A stretch of 64,000 bases of DNA from an uncultured Acidobacteriota bacterium (GCA_963741955.1 CAVUKB010000005.1:672001-736000); one strand, 5' to 3'. Shown: positions 31,140 through 41,388, numbered from the stretch's first letter. The notes: generated by a model from the sequence alone, not told the origin. A program made the numbers and translations.

Positions 31140-31295
31140 CCCCTTCCCTTCTCTCCAGCGCTCTCCACCGCAAGACAGGATAACCCGGCCGTACCCGAAT
31201 CCGGATGAGCCCGTAGCCGGCGCGTGAAGCTCGCCTTGCCCGGATGTAACCTGCGGCCTTCCTGCATTGCGCTATTCTCGATTCAAGTGCGTGCA

Positions 31296-32012
31296 GTGAC
31301 GAGAAATCCAACCGCCATCCTCTCTCTCGCGACGACTCTCGCTCTCCTTTTCATACCCTCCGTCGCCTCGGCTCACAAAGACGACTACATCGATGAGACG
31401 CTGGTGTTTCTCACGCTCCAGCGCGGGGAGCTCGAACCCGAGTACTGGTTCGACAGCGTGAGGACATCCGACGGGGACCACTTTCTCCGCCACAATCTGG
31501 CCCTCGAATATGGCGTGAGCGACCATCTGATGGTCGACGGCCGGATCACCCTCGGTGATTCGAGCGGAAACGGGTTCGATGCGGCGCGCGCCGAAGTGCG
31601 GTACCGCTTCGGAAACGAAGGGGACCGCCCGGTCGACATCGCACTCTCGGGCGAGGTGAACTCGGAGCGGACTCCGGAAGGAGATCGCGAGACGGCGCTC
31701 GAGCCGCGCCTGATCCTCTCGAAGGATTTCCTCACCGGAAGAGCCAACGCGACCCTGAACCTTTCGGAAGAAATCCCGACGACCGGAGGAGGTTCATCGT
31801 TCCGACCGGCATTCGGCCTTCGGTACGATCCTTCCGAGCTCTTTCGCATCGGCGCCGAACTGCAGTACGACCGCCAGCTCCGAGAAACATCCGTCGTGCC
31901 ACAGATCGCGATGACGCTCCCGCACGATGCGAATCTCCGGTTCGGGTACTCGAAGGCGATCCATCATGGCGGAGCCGATTTCGTGCGGATTGCGTTGGAG
32001 CTGGAGTTCTGA
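31296..32012 (+). CDS. Putative outer-membrane beta-barrel protein
   Basis: Signal peptide ending ASA; alternating beta-strand pattern; C-terminal LELEF. Confidence 0.65.
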   Translation: MTRNPTAILSLATTLALLFIPSVASAHKDDYIDETLVFLTLQRGELEPEYWFDSVRTSDGDHFLRHNLALEYGVSDHLMVDGRITLGDSSGNGFDAARAEVRYRFGNEGDRPVDIALSGEVNSERTPEGDRETALEPRLILSKDFLTGRANATLNLSEEIPTTGGGSSFRPAFGLRYDPSELFRIGAELQYDRQLRETSVVPQIAMTLPHDANLRFGYSKAIHHGGADFVRIALELEF

Positions 32013-32112
32013 CAGAACACCGCTGTGTCAGCCGGCGTTCATCCTCCGGCTGACACGGTGGCTCATCTGCAGCGACGGGCGGGATCTCGCCGCCGGCTCA
32101 CGTTCAAGAGGC

Positions 32113-33153
32113 CTACCGCTCCAGCACTTCTTCGATGAATGCGAGCGCACGCGGATCATTCGACTGTCCCAGCCAGAACATCGCACGCTTGCGCACCGCC
32201 GGGTTGCGATTGTTCCGTGCGACCTCGATCAACCGCGGCACTCCTTCCTCCGGAGGAAGCTGACCGAGGGCGAAGACGGCCTGCTTCTTCACGCCGGTAT
32301 CCGGATCGTTCTCGATCGCGTCGCTGATCGCTCCGGCGACCTTCTTTCCCGCTTTCTGCGCGAGCCAGAAATACGCCTTCGACCGCACGTGGGGTGAGGC
32401 GTCGTTCTTCGCCACGTCGAGGAGTCGCTCGACCGCGCCCGGAGTGTCGCTGAGTGCGAAGCCGACCACGATCTCTCCCCTCTCCGCAGCACTCGCGTCT
32501 CCGCGGATTCTGTCGGTCAGAATCTGCAGGCCCTTCTCCCCCCGGTTCCTCCCCAGCCAGAATGCGACGCTCTTTCTCGCGCCACTGTCTAGAGGAAGAA
32601 GAGACGCGAGGACCTCGTCTGCGACCGGCGTGCGATGGATGGAGATCGCCATCACCGCCCGTTTCGCGAGCTCGGTCTTTTCCGCGTCACCCGCGAGACG
32701 CTCGAGGGTGCGCGCACTCACTCCCGGATCGACCGATTCGAGCCAGTGGACTTCTTCTCCACCTCCGTCGACCGGGCAGTCGGACGAGAAGACTCGCAGG
32801 TCGTCCACGCCGTCCGACCCGAGGTGAAACAGGAGATCGACGGTACCGCTCGCGCTGCCGGCCGCATGCTCCTCGTGCCAGACGTCCATTCCCCCCTCCC
32901 GGCGGAGAGAACAGCCGTCGCACCCCTGCTCACCCGACGTGGTCGTCCGGTCACAGCAGCAGATCCGTCCCGCAGCCGCAACGGCAGGCACTTCGTATCC
33001 GACCCAGTGCGGAGTCGCGCTCCTCGCGCCCAGCTCGTTCCCGAGATCGTTTTCAGGGTGGTGCGTGATGCGTGCGTTGGTGAGTTGTGCCCGGAGAGGA
33101 AGGGTCATCAGGAGAGCGAGCACGGCGAGGGAGCACAGACGGACGAATCGCAT
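32113..33153 (-). CDS. Secreted HEAT-repeat protein
   Basis: Signal peptide; repeated VRK.A.FWLGQ / AVFALGQ units; Cys cluster near the N-terminus. Confidence 0.85.
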   Translation of the reverse strand: MRFVRLCSLAVLALLMTLPLRAQLTNARITHHPENDLGNELGARSATPHWVGYEVPAVAAAGRICCCDRTTTSGEQGCDGCSLRREGGMDVWHEEHAAGSASGTVDLLFHLGSDGVDDLRVFSSDCPVDGGGEEVHWLESVDPGVSARTLERLAGDAEKTELAKRAVMAISIHRTPVADEVLASLLPLDSGARKSVAFWLGRNRGEKGLQILTDRIRGDASAAERGEIVVGFALSDTPGAVERLLDVAKNDASPHVRSKAYFWLAQKAGKKVAGAISDAIENDPDTGVKKQAVFALGQLPPEEGVPRLIEVARNNRNPAVRKRAMFWLGQSNDPRALAFIEEVLER

Positions 33154-33220
33154 GACGTGATCTCCTTTCGGTCGACGTAAAGGTGTTCGAGGCTGGAAGG
33201 GTCCGGCGACGCGAGAGAAG

Positions 33221-33251
33221 GCTGCCGCCGGTGTATGAGCCGGCGGCAGCC
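33221..33251. terminator. Stable intergenic hairpin between the HEAT genes (terminator or processing site)
   Basis: GCTGCCGCCGG-N-CCGGCGGCAGC arms; followed by TTCTCT on the minus strand. Confidence 0.5.
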
Positions 33252-33259
33252 GTGCGGGG

Positions 33260-34546
33260 TCAGTCGTTCAGAACGCTCATCAGATAATCGACGGCATCCT
33301 GGGACCGCATGAGGGAAAGCTTCTGCACCGCCACTTTTCTGAGCTCGGGATTCTTCTCCGATCTCGCGATCTCGATCAGCGCTTTCGAGTTCTGCTGTAG
33401 AAAGAGGGCTTTGATCACCGCTTTCCTGACCGCCGCATTCGAATCACTCCGATAGATGCTCAGCAGCGCGCCGGCGGTCCGGTTGCCCATCAGACCGAGG
33501 TACTTGATCGCCTCGAGCCGCACCTCCCGGTTCGTCTCGCGCGTCGCGAGCTCCTCCATCCGTTTCGCGTCGCCACTGATGAACATCGCCTCGACGACAC
33601 TCGCCTTCACCGCGGCGGACGTTTCCGACGCGTACAGCTGCTCGAGCTCCGGAGTCGCCTTCATCACGCCGAGGAGTTTCACCGCTTCACGACGGAGCTC
33701 GGGCGACTTCTCCTGCTTCGCGGCCTGGAGGAGACGCGCCTTGTCGCCCGCGATCATGAAGCCCTTGAGGATCTCCTCCCGAACGTCCGGATCGTTCGCC
33801 GAGTCGTAGATCTTCGCGAGATCGGCGCGGCTTTCCGCTCCTCCGAAGAGCCCGAGGTATTTGATTGCAGCCCGTTGCAGCTCGGGATTCGCATCACCCG
33901 TGGCGGCCTTCACGACGATCTGCCGCGCTTCGGGAGAGTGGCTCTGGCTGAGGACGAAGAGCGCCCGCTCTTTGATCCGCGGCGACGTGGAGCCGTTCAG
34001 GACCTTTTTCAACATGGGGATTGCACGATCCGGGTCGCTGGCCATGAGGCTGTTGATCGCGTAAAGCTTGAGCTCTTCGTTGCCGTCGACCTGATCCGGC
34101 GAGACACTCTGTCCCGACGACTGCCGAACCTCGACTTCCAGCGCTTTCGCGTCATTCATCCAGCGGCTCTTCGGGAAGCTCTTCTGGAGCGCCGTGAGTG
34201 TGGCGAGCGCGTCCCCTCGATTTCCCGAGCGGTCGTATGCGTATGCGAGCCAGTAGAGCGCGGCATCCGTCTTCGCAGTCTTCAGCGTCGCGAGCTGACG
34301 GAAGGCCTCGATCGCCTGCGTCCACTCCCGGTCGTTGATCGCGTCCATTCCGTCGTCGTACAGATCGCCGGCACGTTCGCGCGCTTCCTGCGCCCGGTCG
34401 TCTGCTTCGCGCGCCGCCGCGGCGCGGTCTCCGGTCACCGTGACCACTGTCCCCGGAGCCGCTTCACCTCTGGCCTGCAGCGCGAGTCCCGCGACAAGCA
34501 TCATTGCGAACATCATCGTTTTCGTTTTCATCTCGTCGTCCTTCAC
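33260..34546 (-). CDS. Secreted TPR/HEAT-repeat protein
   Basis: Signal peptide; ALYWLAYA TPR-like helix pair; several HEAT repeats. Confidence 0.85.
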   Translation of the reverse strand: MKDDEMKTKTMMFAMMLVAGLALQARGEAAPGTVVTVTGDRAAAAREADDRAQEARERAGDLYDDGMDAINDREWTQAIEAFRQLATLKTAKTDAALYWLAYAYDRSGNRGDALATLTALQKSFPKSRWMNDAKALEVEVRQSSGQSVSPDQVDGNEELKLYAINSLMASDPDRAIPMLKKVLNGSTSPRIKERALFVLSQSHSPEARQIVVKAATGDANPELQRAAIKYLGLFGGAESRADLAKIYDSANDPDVREEILKGFMIAGDKARLLQAAKQEKSPELRREAVKLLGVMKATPELEQLYASETSAAVKASVVEAMFISGDAKRMEELATRETNREVRLEAIKYLGLMGNRTAGALLSIYRSDSNAAVRKAVIKALFLQQNSKALIEIARSEKNPELRKVAVQKLSLMRSQDAVDYLMSVLND

Positions 34547-35301
34547 AGCGATTTCTGATTGGTGTGGACTGCCGCTTTCTCACGCTCCCGCATCTCTTTT
34601 CCGACCACGCGGAGCTTGAAGAGGATCCCCTTCTCTTCCATCCGGCGACGCAGCGACGTCAGCTGCGCCGGATCGGGATTGGCCGGCCCGTGAGCAATCT
34701 CGAGGAGGATCGGCTCGAGTTGGTCGAGGACGTCGGCGACCGTCGCATCTCCGGACGATGCGGCGGCCTGTCGATAGATCCTGTTTGCGGCGATGAGATC
34801 GCGAGCCTGCGTCTGTGCCGCCTGCACGCTCTCGCCGCTGTTTCCGTTCACCATCTCCATCAGGGTGATCTCCGAATGATCGATGTGATCGGCGACCACC
34901 GCGACGAAGACCCGTTCCCGCGCCTGAGGCGACACCGGAGCCGGGACGGCGTTCGCGGTTGGCGAACCATTGCGCACCTCGCCGTTTCGCGTCATCACCA
35001 GCACGCCCAGTGAGACCGCGAGGGCGAAGACCGCGGCCACCGCGAGCCATCTCCATCCCGAACCGCCGGGTCGCTCGTCCCGGCGAAGTCTCCATCGGAG
35101 TCTTTCCCAGAGCCGCTCTTCAAAATCGGGAGCCGGCTCGGGAACGGGCGCGCCGAGATCGCGGAAGAAGCTCTCCAGGTTCGTCAGTGCACTCCCGCAC
35201 TCCCGGCACTCGAACAGATGCGTCTCGGCGTCGCTTCGCTCGCGTGCGGTCGATTCGCCGTAGTGGTGCAGCACGAGCTGTTCTTCGGTGAGATGGTTCA
35301 T
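34543..35301 (-). CDS. Zinc-finger (ZAS) anti-sigma factor, single TM
   Basis: HLTEEQL...HLFECREC (HxxxCxxC), TM helix, coupled to the sigma gene. Confidence 0.88.
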   Translation of the reverse strand: MNHLTEEQLVLHHYGESTARERSDAETHLFECRECGSALTNLESFFRDLGAPVPEPAPDFEERLWERLRWRLRRDERPGGSGWRWLAVAAVFALAVSLGVLVMTRNGEVRNGSPTANAVPAPVSPQARERVFVAVVADHIDHSEITLMEMVNGNSGESVQAAQTQARDLIAANRIYRQAAASSGDATVADVLDQLEPILLEIAHGPANPDPAQLTSLRRRMEEKGILFKLRVVGKEMREREKAAVHTNQKSL

Positions 35302-35852
35302 GGTCTGGCCCCGATCATCGGTTCGAGAGCGCTGCGCATCTTGCGCACCGCCCGAAAGATGGTGTGCTTGGTCGCGCTGGTGCGTGTACCCAGAGCGTTC
35401 GAGATCTCGTCGATCGACATCCCTTCGAAATGCCGGAGCACGAATGCAGTGCGCTCGGTGGCCGAAAGAAGATCCATCGCGGAACGGAGGTGCATCTGGA
35501 TCTCGGTGCCGTGCAGGTCGTTTTCCTGAGCCGGAGCGGCCGCGAGATGGTGCGACTCGTCCGGCTCGACGGCCACTCCTTCGCGCCGGCGAACGCGGAT
35601 CAGATCGAGCGCGCAGTTCGCGGCGATCCGGTAGATCCAGCTGCCGAAGCTCGCCTCGTCACGGAACTGATCGAGGTTCCGGTACGCCCGGAGGAACGTC
35701 TCCTGGACGATGTCCTCCGCGTCGGACCCGTTCCCGGTCATGCGAAATGCGAGTCGGAAAACCGTGCGCGCGTAGCGGTCGACCAGCAGCCGGTACCGGT
35801 CGGCGTCGCCCTCGCGGATTCTTCTGATGATTTCCTGGTCGCTCCCGTCCAT
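35298..35852 (-). CDS. ECF sigma-70 factor
   Basis: DAEDIVQETFLRA, WIYRIA.N, region 4 EGMS..EI. Confidence 0.93.
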   Translation of the reverse strand: MDGSDQEIIRRIREGDADRYRLLVDRYARTVFRLAFRMTGNGSDAEDIVQETFLRAYRNLDQFRDEASFGSWIYRIAANCALDLIRVRRREGVAVEPDESHHLAAAPAQENDLHGTEIQMHLRSAMDLLSATERTAFVLRHFEGMSIDEISNALGTRTSATKHTIFRAVRKMRSALEPMIGARP

Positions 35853-35962
35853 TCTGATCTCTTATACGCTCCCGGTCGCCGTCGGTTGGCAAACGGATCG
35901 AACGTGCTCGATCCGCGTCCGGTTGGTGCGTCATGGCCCGGTTCGGTATAGTGAATCGATCC

Positions 35963-36400
35963 ATGCGGCTCGAGAGCATTCTGTCGAAGGACGAGATCGT
36001 GCGGGTCGAAGCGAAGATCGGCGCTGCCGAGAGTCTCACCACCGCGCAGATCCGCGTCGCCCTCACCGGTTCGAGCTGGATGGGAATCCGGAACAAGGCA
36101 CGCAAGGTCTTCCGGAAGCACCGTCTCGACCGGAGCCGTGATCGAAACACCGTTCTCCTCCTGGTCGACGTACGCAATCGTGAGCTCCTGATCTACGGCG
36201 ATCGAGCGATCGACGAGAAGGTGGAAGCCGGTTTCTGGAATGACGTACGCGACGCAATGCTCGACGAGCTTCGCGAGAAACGGATCGCCGAAGCCCTCAC
36301 CACCGGAATCCACCAGATCGGAACGGCCCTCCAGGATCTCTTTCCCCCCTCGGGAGAAAACGACGACGAGATCTCGAATGCACTCATCTTCGAACCGTAG
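35963..36400 (+). CDS. TPM-domain protein
   Basis: AE..T...IRV, RN.VLL, GD..ID.KV...FW, DEISN. Confidence 0.85.
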   Translation: MRLESILSKDEIVRVEAKIGAAESLTTAQIRVALTGSSWMGIRNKARKVFRKHRLDRSRDRNTVLLLVDVRNRELLIYGDRAIDEKVEAGFWNDVRDAMLDELREKRIAEALTTGIHQIGTALQDLFPPSGENDDEISNALIFEP

Positions 36401-37187
36401 TCTTCTCCGAATCGCGCTCGGCACCGCGATCTCGATGCTTCTCTTCGCTCACCTTTCGGCAGCGAAGACGGAGAAGAGCTACGCCCCGTGGCCGGAGCCT
36501 GGACCGGGTTACGTCACCGACCACGCGGACGTTCTCTCCGACGCGCAGGAGGAGAAGATCGAGCAGTGGCTGATCCGGGTCGAGAAGGAGAGCGGGGTCG
36601 AGATCATCGTGGTGACCATTCCTTCGATGAACGCGTATCCCGGCACGAACGACGCGTCGATCGAAGCGTTCGCGAGAGGATTGTTCAACCGGTGGGGAAT
36701 CGGCAACTTCCCGACCAACGACGGAATCCTCCTCGTCGTCTCGACCGGCGACCGGAACGCACGCATCGAGCTCGGTGCAGGATACGGCCACGCGCGCGAC
36801 GCCGAAGCCGACCGGATCATGGAGCGGGTCATCGTTCCGCGTTTCCGCAAAGGGGATTACGCCGGCGGCATCACCGACGGTGTGCGCGCGATCGTGAACA
36901 CATTCACTCCCGTGCACATCGGCTTCCGGTGGAAAGTCGTGGTGATTCCGCTGGCGATCGTCGCGCTCGCGCTGATCGGGTTCAGTCTCTTGAGGAGCGG
37001 AAAACGCGGATGGGGCTGGGTGTTCATCGGGCTTGCGCTCGCACTCCTCCTCTTCCTCCTCTACGTTCTGGTGATGGTCATGCGCGCGCGGTCGAGATAC
37101 GGGCGGTCGAGCGGCTGGTCGTCCGGTGGCTTCGGCGGATTCGGCGGCGGCTTCTCCGGAGGCGGCGGCGCGACGGGGAGCTGGTGA
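36378..37187 (+). CDS. TPM-domain (YgcG-like) membrane protein with Gly-rich tail
   Basis: VTDHADVLS, WGIG, GILL.V...DR..RIE.G.G, GGFGGGFSGGGGATGSW. Confidence 0.88.
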   Translation: MHSSSNRSLLRIALGTAISMLLFAHLSAAKTEKSYAPWPEPGPGYVTDHADVLSDAQEEKIEQWLIRVEKESGVEIIVVTIPSMNAYPGTNDASIEAFARGLFNRWGIGNFPTNDGILLVVSTGDRNARIELGAGYGHARDAEADRIMERVIVPRFRKGDYAGGITDGVRAIVNTFTPVHIGFRWKVVVIPLAIVALALIGFSLLRSGKRGWGWVFIGLALALLLFLLYVLVMVMRARSRYGRSSGWSSGGFGGFGGGFSGGGGATGSW

Positions 37188-37189
37188 CG

Positions 37190-37738
37190 ATGCTCTGTCC
37201 ACGATGCAAAGTCGCCCTGGAGCGGAAGAAGGTCGCGTCGAGCACGACCGAGGTCGACCGCTGTCCTCAGTGCGCAGGAGTCTGGTTCGACCGGGGGGAG
37301 ATCGCGGAGGTGATCGGCGCGCGCGCAGTCGTTCCGCTGCCGTTCCCGGAGACCGCGCCGGCGGTGGAGGCACTCTGTCCGCGCTGCAGCACGCCCCTGG
37401 TGGTGTTCACGTATCCCGGAACGATGACCGTGATCGACGCGTGCAGACACTGCCGCGGCGTCTGGCTCGACGACGGTGAGCTCCAGCAGATCCACGCCGC
37501 GCGCGGCCGGGCGTCGATGACCTGTCCGAAGTGCGGGACGGTGCAGCCGCGCGCCGAGAGCTGTGCGACGTGCGGCGTGGTGGTCGAAAAAGCCGTCGGC
37601 ACGGATCTGCATCGGACGACCGGTCAGCGCGTTCCCGCTGCTGCCGTTCCGGAAGCCCCGGCGGGTCTCCGCGAGAGACTCCTCGCATTCATCGACGACT
37701 CCCTCTCTTCATTGTGGAGCGGCATCATCGGCCGCTGA
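37190..37738 (+). CDS. Multi zinc-ribbon (zf-TFIIB-like) protein
   Basis: CPRC...D.CPQC.GVW.D.GE twice, plus CPKC...CATC. Confidence 0.82.
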   Translation: MLCPRCKVALERKKVASSTTEVDRCPQCAGVWFDRGEIAEVIGARAVVPLPFPETAPAVEALCPRCSTPLVVFTYPGTMTVIDACRHCRGVWLDDGELQQIHAARGRASMTCPKCGTVQPRAESCATCGVVVEKAVGTDLHRTTGQRVPAAAVPEAPAGLRERLLAFIDDSLSSLWSGIIGR

Positions 37739-37808
37739 GGCGTCGCCCGGCCGCTGGGACCCGCTGGCAGCTCTTCCTCCATCTTCGCCCGCGCACTCGA
37801 GAAAAATC

Positions 37809-37855
37809 TTGACACGGAAACGGGCGGGCCTTACTGTGTCGCTACAGTAGCACAG
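37809..37855 (+). promoter_or_regulatory. Sigma70 promoter with overlapping palindromic GntR/YtrA-type operator
   Basis: TTGACA-17 nt-TACTGT; CTGTG-TC-GCTACAGTAGC-ACAG inverted repeat at 37834-37855. Confidence 0.7.
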
Positions 37856-37895
37856 CAGAACAGCAGCACAGCGACAAGCCGAATCAGGAGCCGAA

Positions 37896-38291
37896 ATGCT
37901 CGACATCAACCCCTCAGACGCCGTCCCGATCTGGAAACAGATCGAACAGGAGGTGCGGCGACTCGTGGCTCTCGGCCACCTTCCCGCGGGAACCGCAGTT
38001 CCCAGCGTGCGCGAGCTCTCGCGCGACCTGCGGGTCAACCCGGCCACGGTGACCAAGGCTTACCAGCACCTCTGCGACGAGGGTCTCCTCACCGTCCGGC
38101 GGGGAGAGGGAACGTTCGTGAATGGAGAGCTCCCGGGGCTCGACCGCACCCGCAGAAAAGAAGAGCTTCGCGCGGCCGCGACGCGGTACGCCAGCCTCGC
38201 GGCGACGATCGGCGCGACGGCGGACGAAGCGAAACGGATCATCGAAAGCGAGATCGAACGGGTCATGAAACACGACGGAAGGAAATCGTGA
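37896..38291 (+). CDS. GntR-family (YtrA subfamily) regulator
   Basis: PIWKQI, PSVREL...L.VNP.TV.KAY, RRGEGTFV; short C-terminal domain. Confidence 0.92.
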   Translation: MLDINPSDAVPIWKQIEQEVRRLVALGHLPAGTAVPSVRELSRDLRVNPATVTKAYQHLCDEGLLTVRRGEGTFVNGELPGLDRTRRKEELRAAATRYASLAATIGATADEAKRIIESEIERVMKHDGRKS

Positions 38292-39265
38292 TGGACGACG
38301 CTGCAAAGATGGAGAGCCAAGCGGTGATCGAGCTTCGGGATCTTCACGTCCGCTACGGGAGAACGGTCGCGGTGGACCACGTCTCTCTCCGCGCGGATCG
38401 GGGTACGGTCTACGCACTCCTCGGCCGGAACGGCGCGGGAAAGAGCAGCATCGTCCGCTCCCTTCTCGGATTTCAGAAGCCCGATGCCGGAGAGGCACGC
38501 CTCTGGGGTGAGGATGTCTGGCACCGCAGGAGCCGGCTCATGGATCGCATCGGCGTGGTGCCGGAAGATCCTGACGCGCCTCCGGAGATGACGGCGCTGC
38601 AGATTCTCGATTTCTGTTCCGCGCTCCATTCGAAGTGGGACCAGAAGACGACACTCGCCCGCCTCGAGCGATTGAAGGTCCCTCTGAAGACTCCGTTCGG
38701 GAGACTCTCGAAAGGGCAGAAACGGCAGGTCCTTCTCGCCACCGCGCTCGCGCATGAGCCGGAGCTTCTCATCCTCGACGATCCGACACTCGGACTCGAT
38801 GTGGTGGCGAGAAAAGAGCTCTTCGAGGAGCTGATCTCCGAGCTCGCCGACCGGGGGACGACCGTCTTCGTCACCACTCACGATCTTGCCGGAATCGAAG
38901 CGATCGCCGACCGGGTCGGGATCCTTCTCGACGGACGCCTCCTGGTGGACGAGGAGATCGAGAGTCTCAAGGCGCGCTTCCGCCGAATTCGTCTCCCCGC
39001 CGGGTCATTCGACTCCGCCGGGCTCGCGCCTCTGCACATGGTCGCGCAGAGACGGTGGGGAGCCGGTGTCGAAGCGGTCGTCGACAACTGGGACGAACGC
39101 GCACCGGATCAGATCCGCGCGAGCACCGGAGCGTCCGAGATCGACGTCTCCCCTCTCTCGCTCGAAGAGATTTTCATAGCCGTCTATCGCGAACCACTTT
39201 TTGCACCGTCGCCGATGACGCACGTAACCGAGTTGGACGAGCGTGCCGAAGCATCCGGACTCTAG
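38288..39265 (+). CDS. ABC transporter ATP-binding protein (YtrB-like)
   Basis: GRNGAGKS, LSKGQ, LILDDP, TTH. Confidence 0.93.
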   Translation: MMDDAAKMESQAVIELRDLHVRYGRTVAVDHVSLRADRGTVYALLGRNGAGKSSIVRSLLGFQKPDAGEARLWGEDVWHRRSRLMDRIGVVPEDPDAPPEMTALQILDFCSALHSKWDQKTTLARLERLKVPLKTPFGRLSKGQKRQVLLATALAHEPELLILDDPTLGLDVVARKELFEELISELADRGTTVFVTTHDLAGIEAIADRVGILLDGRLLVDEEIESLKARFRRIRLPAGSFDSAGLAPLHMVAQRRWGAGVEAVVDNWDERAPDQIRASTGASEIDVSPLSLEEIFIAVYREPLFAPSPMTHVTELDERAEASGL

Positions 39266-39283
39266 GTCCGAGGAGGATTCCAC

Positions 39284-41215
39284 ATGCGCGAGATTCTGGT
39301 CATCGCCCGGCGTGAGATCGTAGATCGGAAGCTGCTTTTCCTCGGCGCGTCGCTCTGCGCTCTGATGGTCGTACTCACGCCGCTGCTCCCTGGGACGCAC
39401 GGGTACAGGCCGCTGGACGTCATGACCGTCGCCGGCCTCGCGGTCAGCGCCCTCTTCGCCGCCGGAACCGCGGTGGTCCTCGGTGCCGGGGCGATCGCGC
39501 GTGATCTCTCGGAGCGGCGGATGAGCTTCTACTTCGCGCGTCCGGCGTCGGCGTTCTCGATATTCGCAGGAAAAGCGCTCGCGACGCTCGTCATCACATT
39601 CGCGGTCGGTCTGATCATCCCGATCATCCCGACGATCTTCGGCAGGGGTCTGCTGGATATGGTCGGAAGCACGGCACATTACTCGACGCTCCTGTCGGAT
39701 GCAATCCACGGATCAGCTGTCCTTCCGATGCTGATCTTCGCGTCTTCGCTCTTCGGCTGCGCTGCGGATCTGATCGTCCTCGTGGCACTCGCGCAGTACA
39801 CGGGACTCGCGTTCCGCTCGCGCTCGGCCGTCGTGCTTCTCGACCTTGCGGTCGTCGTGACGTTCGCCACCGCGGTCTGGCTGAGTGCCCGGCCGCTTCT
39901 GCTCAATCGTGCGTATGGTGCGACCGCCTGGCTCGTCGTGGCCACGATCGTCGCCCTGGTGGTAGTGCTTTTCACCGGCGTCCTGGAAGGGCTCCGCCGC
40001 GGACGGACCGATCTGCGAAGGAACCATCTCGCGGCCTCAGTGACGATCGCGATTCTCCTCGCGATATGGGCGGGTGTCTCATTCGCCTGGGTGAGCTGGA
40101 TCAAAACGGTCGTCCCATCGGACCTGGTCTGGAGCTCGGTTCTCCCTAACGTCTCGGGGGGGCCGTGGATCGGTGTCGAGGGTTACAGCAGCGGCCGATT
40201 CGACTATCACCCTGAGTTTCTCGTCGACGTCGATTCCGGCAGAGCGCTACGGCTGAGCGCTGCGGGCCGGATCTCCATCTCGGCAGATGGTTCAACCGCG
40301 GCCTACTGGAGGGCCGAATCCCCCGGTAGTCACGCCCTCCGGCTCGAAATGATCGACCTTTCCAGCGGAGAGCGCTCGGCGACGACGATCACCGTCCCGG
40401 AGAATGACCTCAATGCGCAGATTATCCGCTCCGACGGGAAGGCCGTCGCCTGGATTGAGGCGGCGAAGACTCTTCAGGTCTTCGACCCGTCTCGAGAGAA
40501 GACGGTGGCGGTGATCCGTCTGGACGATCCAGGGCCGAGTCGATTCTTCCTGTCGTTTCTGAATCCGTCGACAGTCCGCGTCTACCAGGGTGATCGCGAC
40601 GACCACTGGAACGTCTTCGACGCCGACCTCGTGCATCGCACCCTCGCACTCCAGGACTCGTTCACCGGACGCCCGAGGCAGATCGCGAAGGACGGACGCG
40701 TCCTCCTTCTGGCGGAGCCCGACCTTGGTTCGGCTCGGTGGGAGATCCGAGAGCGCAACGGCTCAATCCTCGCGAGTTGGCCTCGACGGGACGGATCTCT
40801 CGTTCGTCTTCTTTCCGGGGGGTCATGGCTTCACTTCGAGAAAAGCGGCAAAGGGTGGGACATCGATGTGGTATCGGGTGACGGCACCGGCAATCGGCTG
40901 CCATCCCTCCCCGCATCGGATTGGATCGCGGTCGGGATTGAGATCAGTCCGGGCGTCATCCCCATCGCGACCACGAACGGATCCGGATGGGGAAGCAGGA
41001 GCGACGCCACCAGTACGCTGTACGAAGTGAACACGGTGACGGGTGAGCGGCGGAGGCTCGCCGCGAACCTGATTCCCGCGCGGCCGTGGTTTCTCCCTTC
41101 CGAGGTCCCGCAGCCGGGAAGCTCAGCGAGCCGGATCTTCATGGACCGGAATCTGAGGCTCCTCGCGCTCGACCCCGCGAGCGGCAAGTTCAGGCGACTC
41201 ACCGGACATGAGTGA
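39284..41215 (+). CDS. ABC-2-type permease with large C-terminal extracytoplasmic beta-rich domain
   Basis: IARREI start, several TM helices, then about 370 aa soluble region. Confidence 0.78.
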   Translation: MREILVIARREIVDRKLLFLGASLCALMVVLTPLLPGTHGYRPLDVMTVAGLAVSALFAAGTAVVLGAGAIARDLSERRMSFYFARPASAFSIFAGKALATLVITFAVGLIIPIIPTIFGRGLLDMVGSTAHYSTLLSDAIHGSAVLPMLIFASSLFGCAADLIVLVALAQYTGLAFRSRSAVVLLDLAVVVTFATAVWLSARPLLLNRAYGATAWLVVATIVALVVVLFTGVLEGLRRGRTDLRRNHLAASVTIAILLAIWAGVSFAWVSWIKTVVPSDLVWSSVLPNVSGGPWIGVEGYSSGRFDYHPEFLVDVDSGRALRLSAAGRISISADGSTAAYWRAESPGSHALRLEMIDLSSGERSATTITVPENDLNAQIIRSDGKAVAWIEAAKTLQVFDPSREKTVAVIRLDDPGPSRFFLSFLNPSTVRVYQGDRDDHWNVFDADLVHRTLALQDSFTGRPRQIAKDGRVLLLAEPDLGSARWEIRERNGSILASWPRRDGSLVRLLSGGSWLHFEKSGKGWDIDVVSGDGTGNRLPSLPASDWIAVGIEISPGVIPIATTNGSGWGSRSDATSTLYEVNTVTGERRRLAANLIPARPWFLPSEVPQPGSSASRIFMDRNLRLLALDPASGKFRRLTGHE

Positions 41216-41258
41216 GGAGGCGAGCGGCGAGAATGCTCTTCGAAGAGCCTCAGGCTCA

Positions 41259-41339
41259 GGTGTCGGACGGTGTCGGACCTGTCGGACCTGTCGGACCTGT
41301 CGGACCTGTCGGCTCGCCTCTCGCCTCTCGCCTCTCGCC
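41259..41339. repeat. Short tandem repeats (TGTCGGACC)n and (CTCGCCT)n
   Basis: Read directly from the sequence. Confidence 0.85.
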
Positions 41340-41347
41340 GCTCCCCC

Positions 41348-41377
41348 TTGACATCCCTCCCCCTCCTCCCCCATACT
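41348..41377 (+). promoter_or_regulatory. Sigma70-type promoter of the met leader
   Basis: TTGACA-18 nt-CATACT, ending 11 nt before the leader ATG. Confidence 0.7.
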
Positions 41378-41388
41378 CCCCCGCCAAC

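Noticed and set aside
41212-41388. Collagen-like GPVGPV ORF extension upstream of the met leader
   Set aside because: It derives from a 9-bp DNA repeat and runs through the predicted promoter. Only the final 23 codons are credible.
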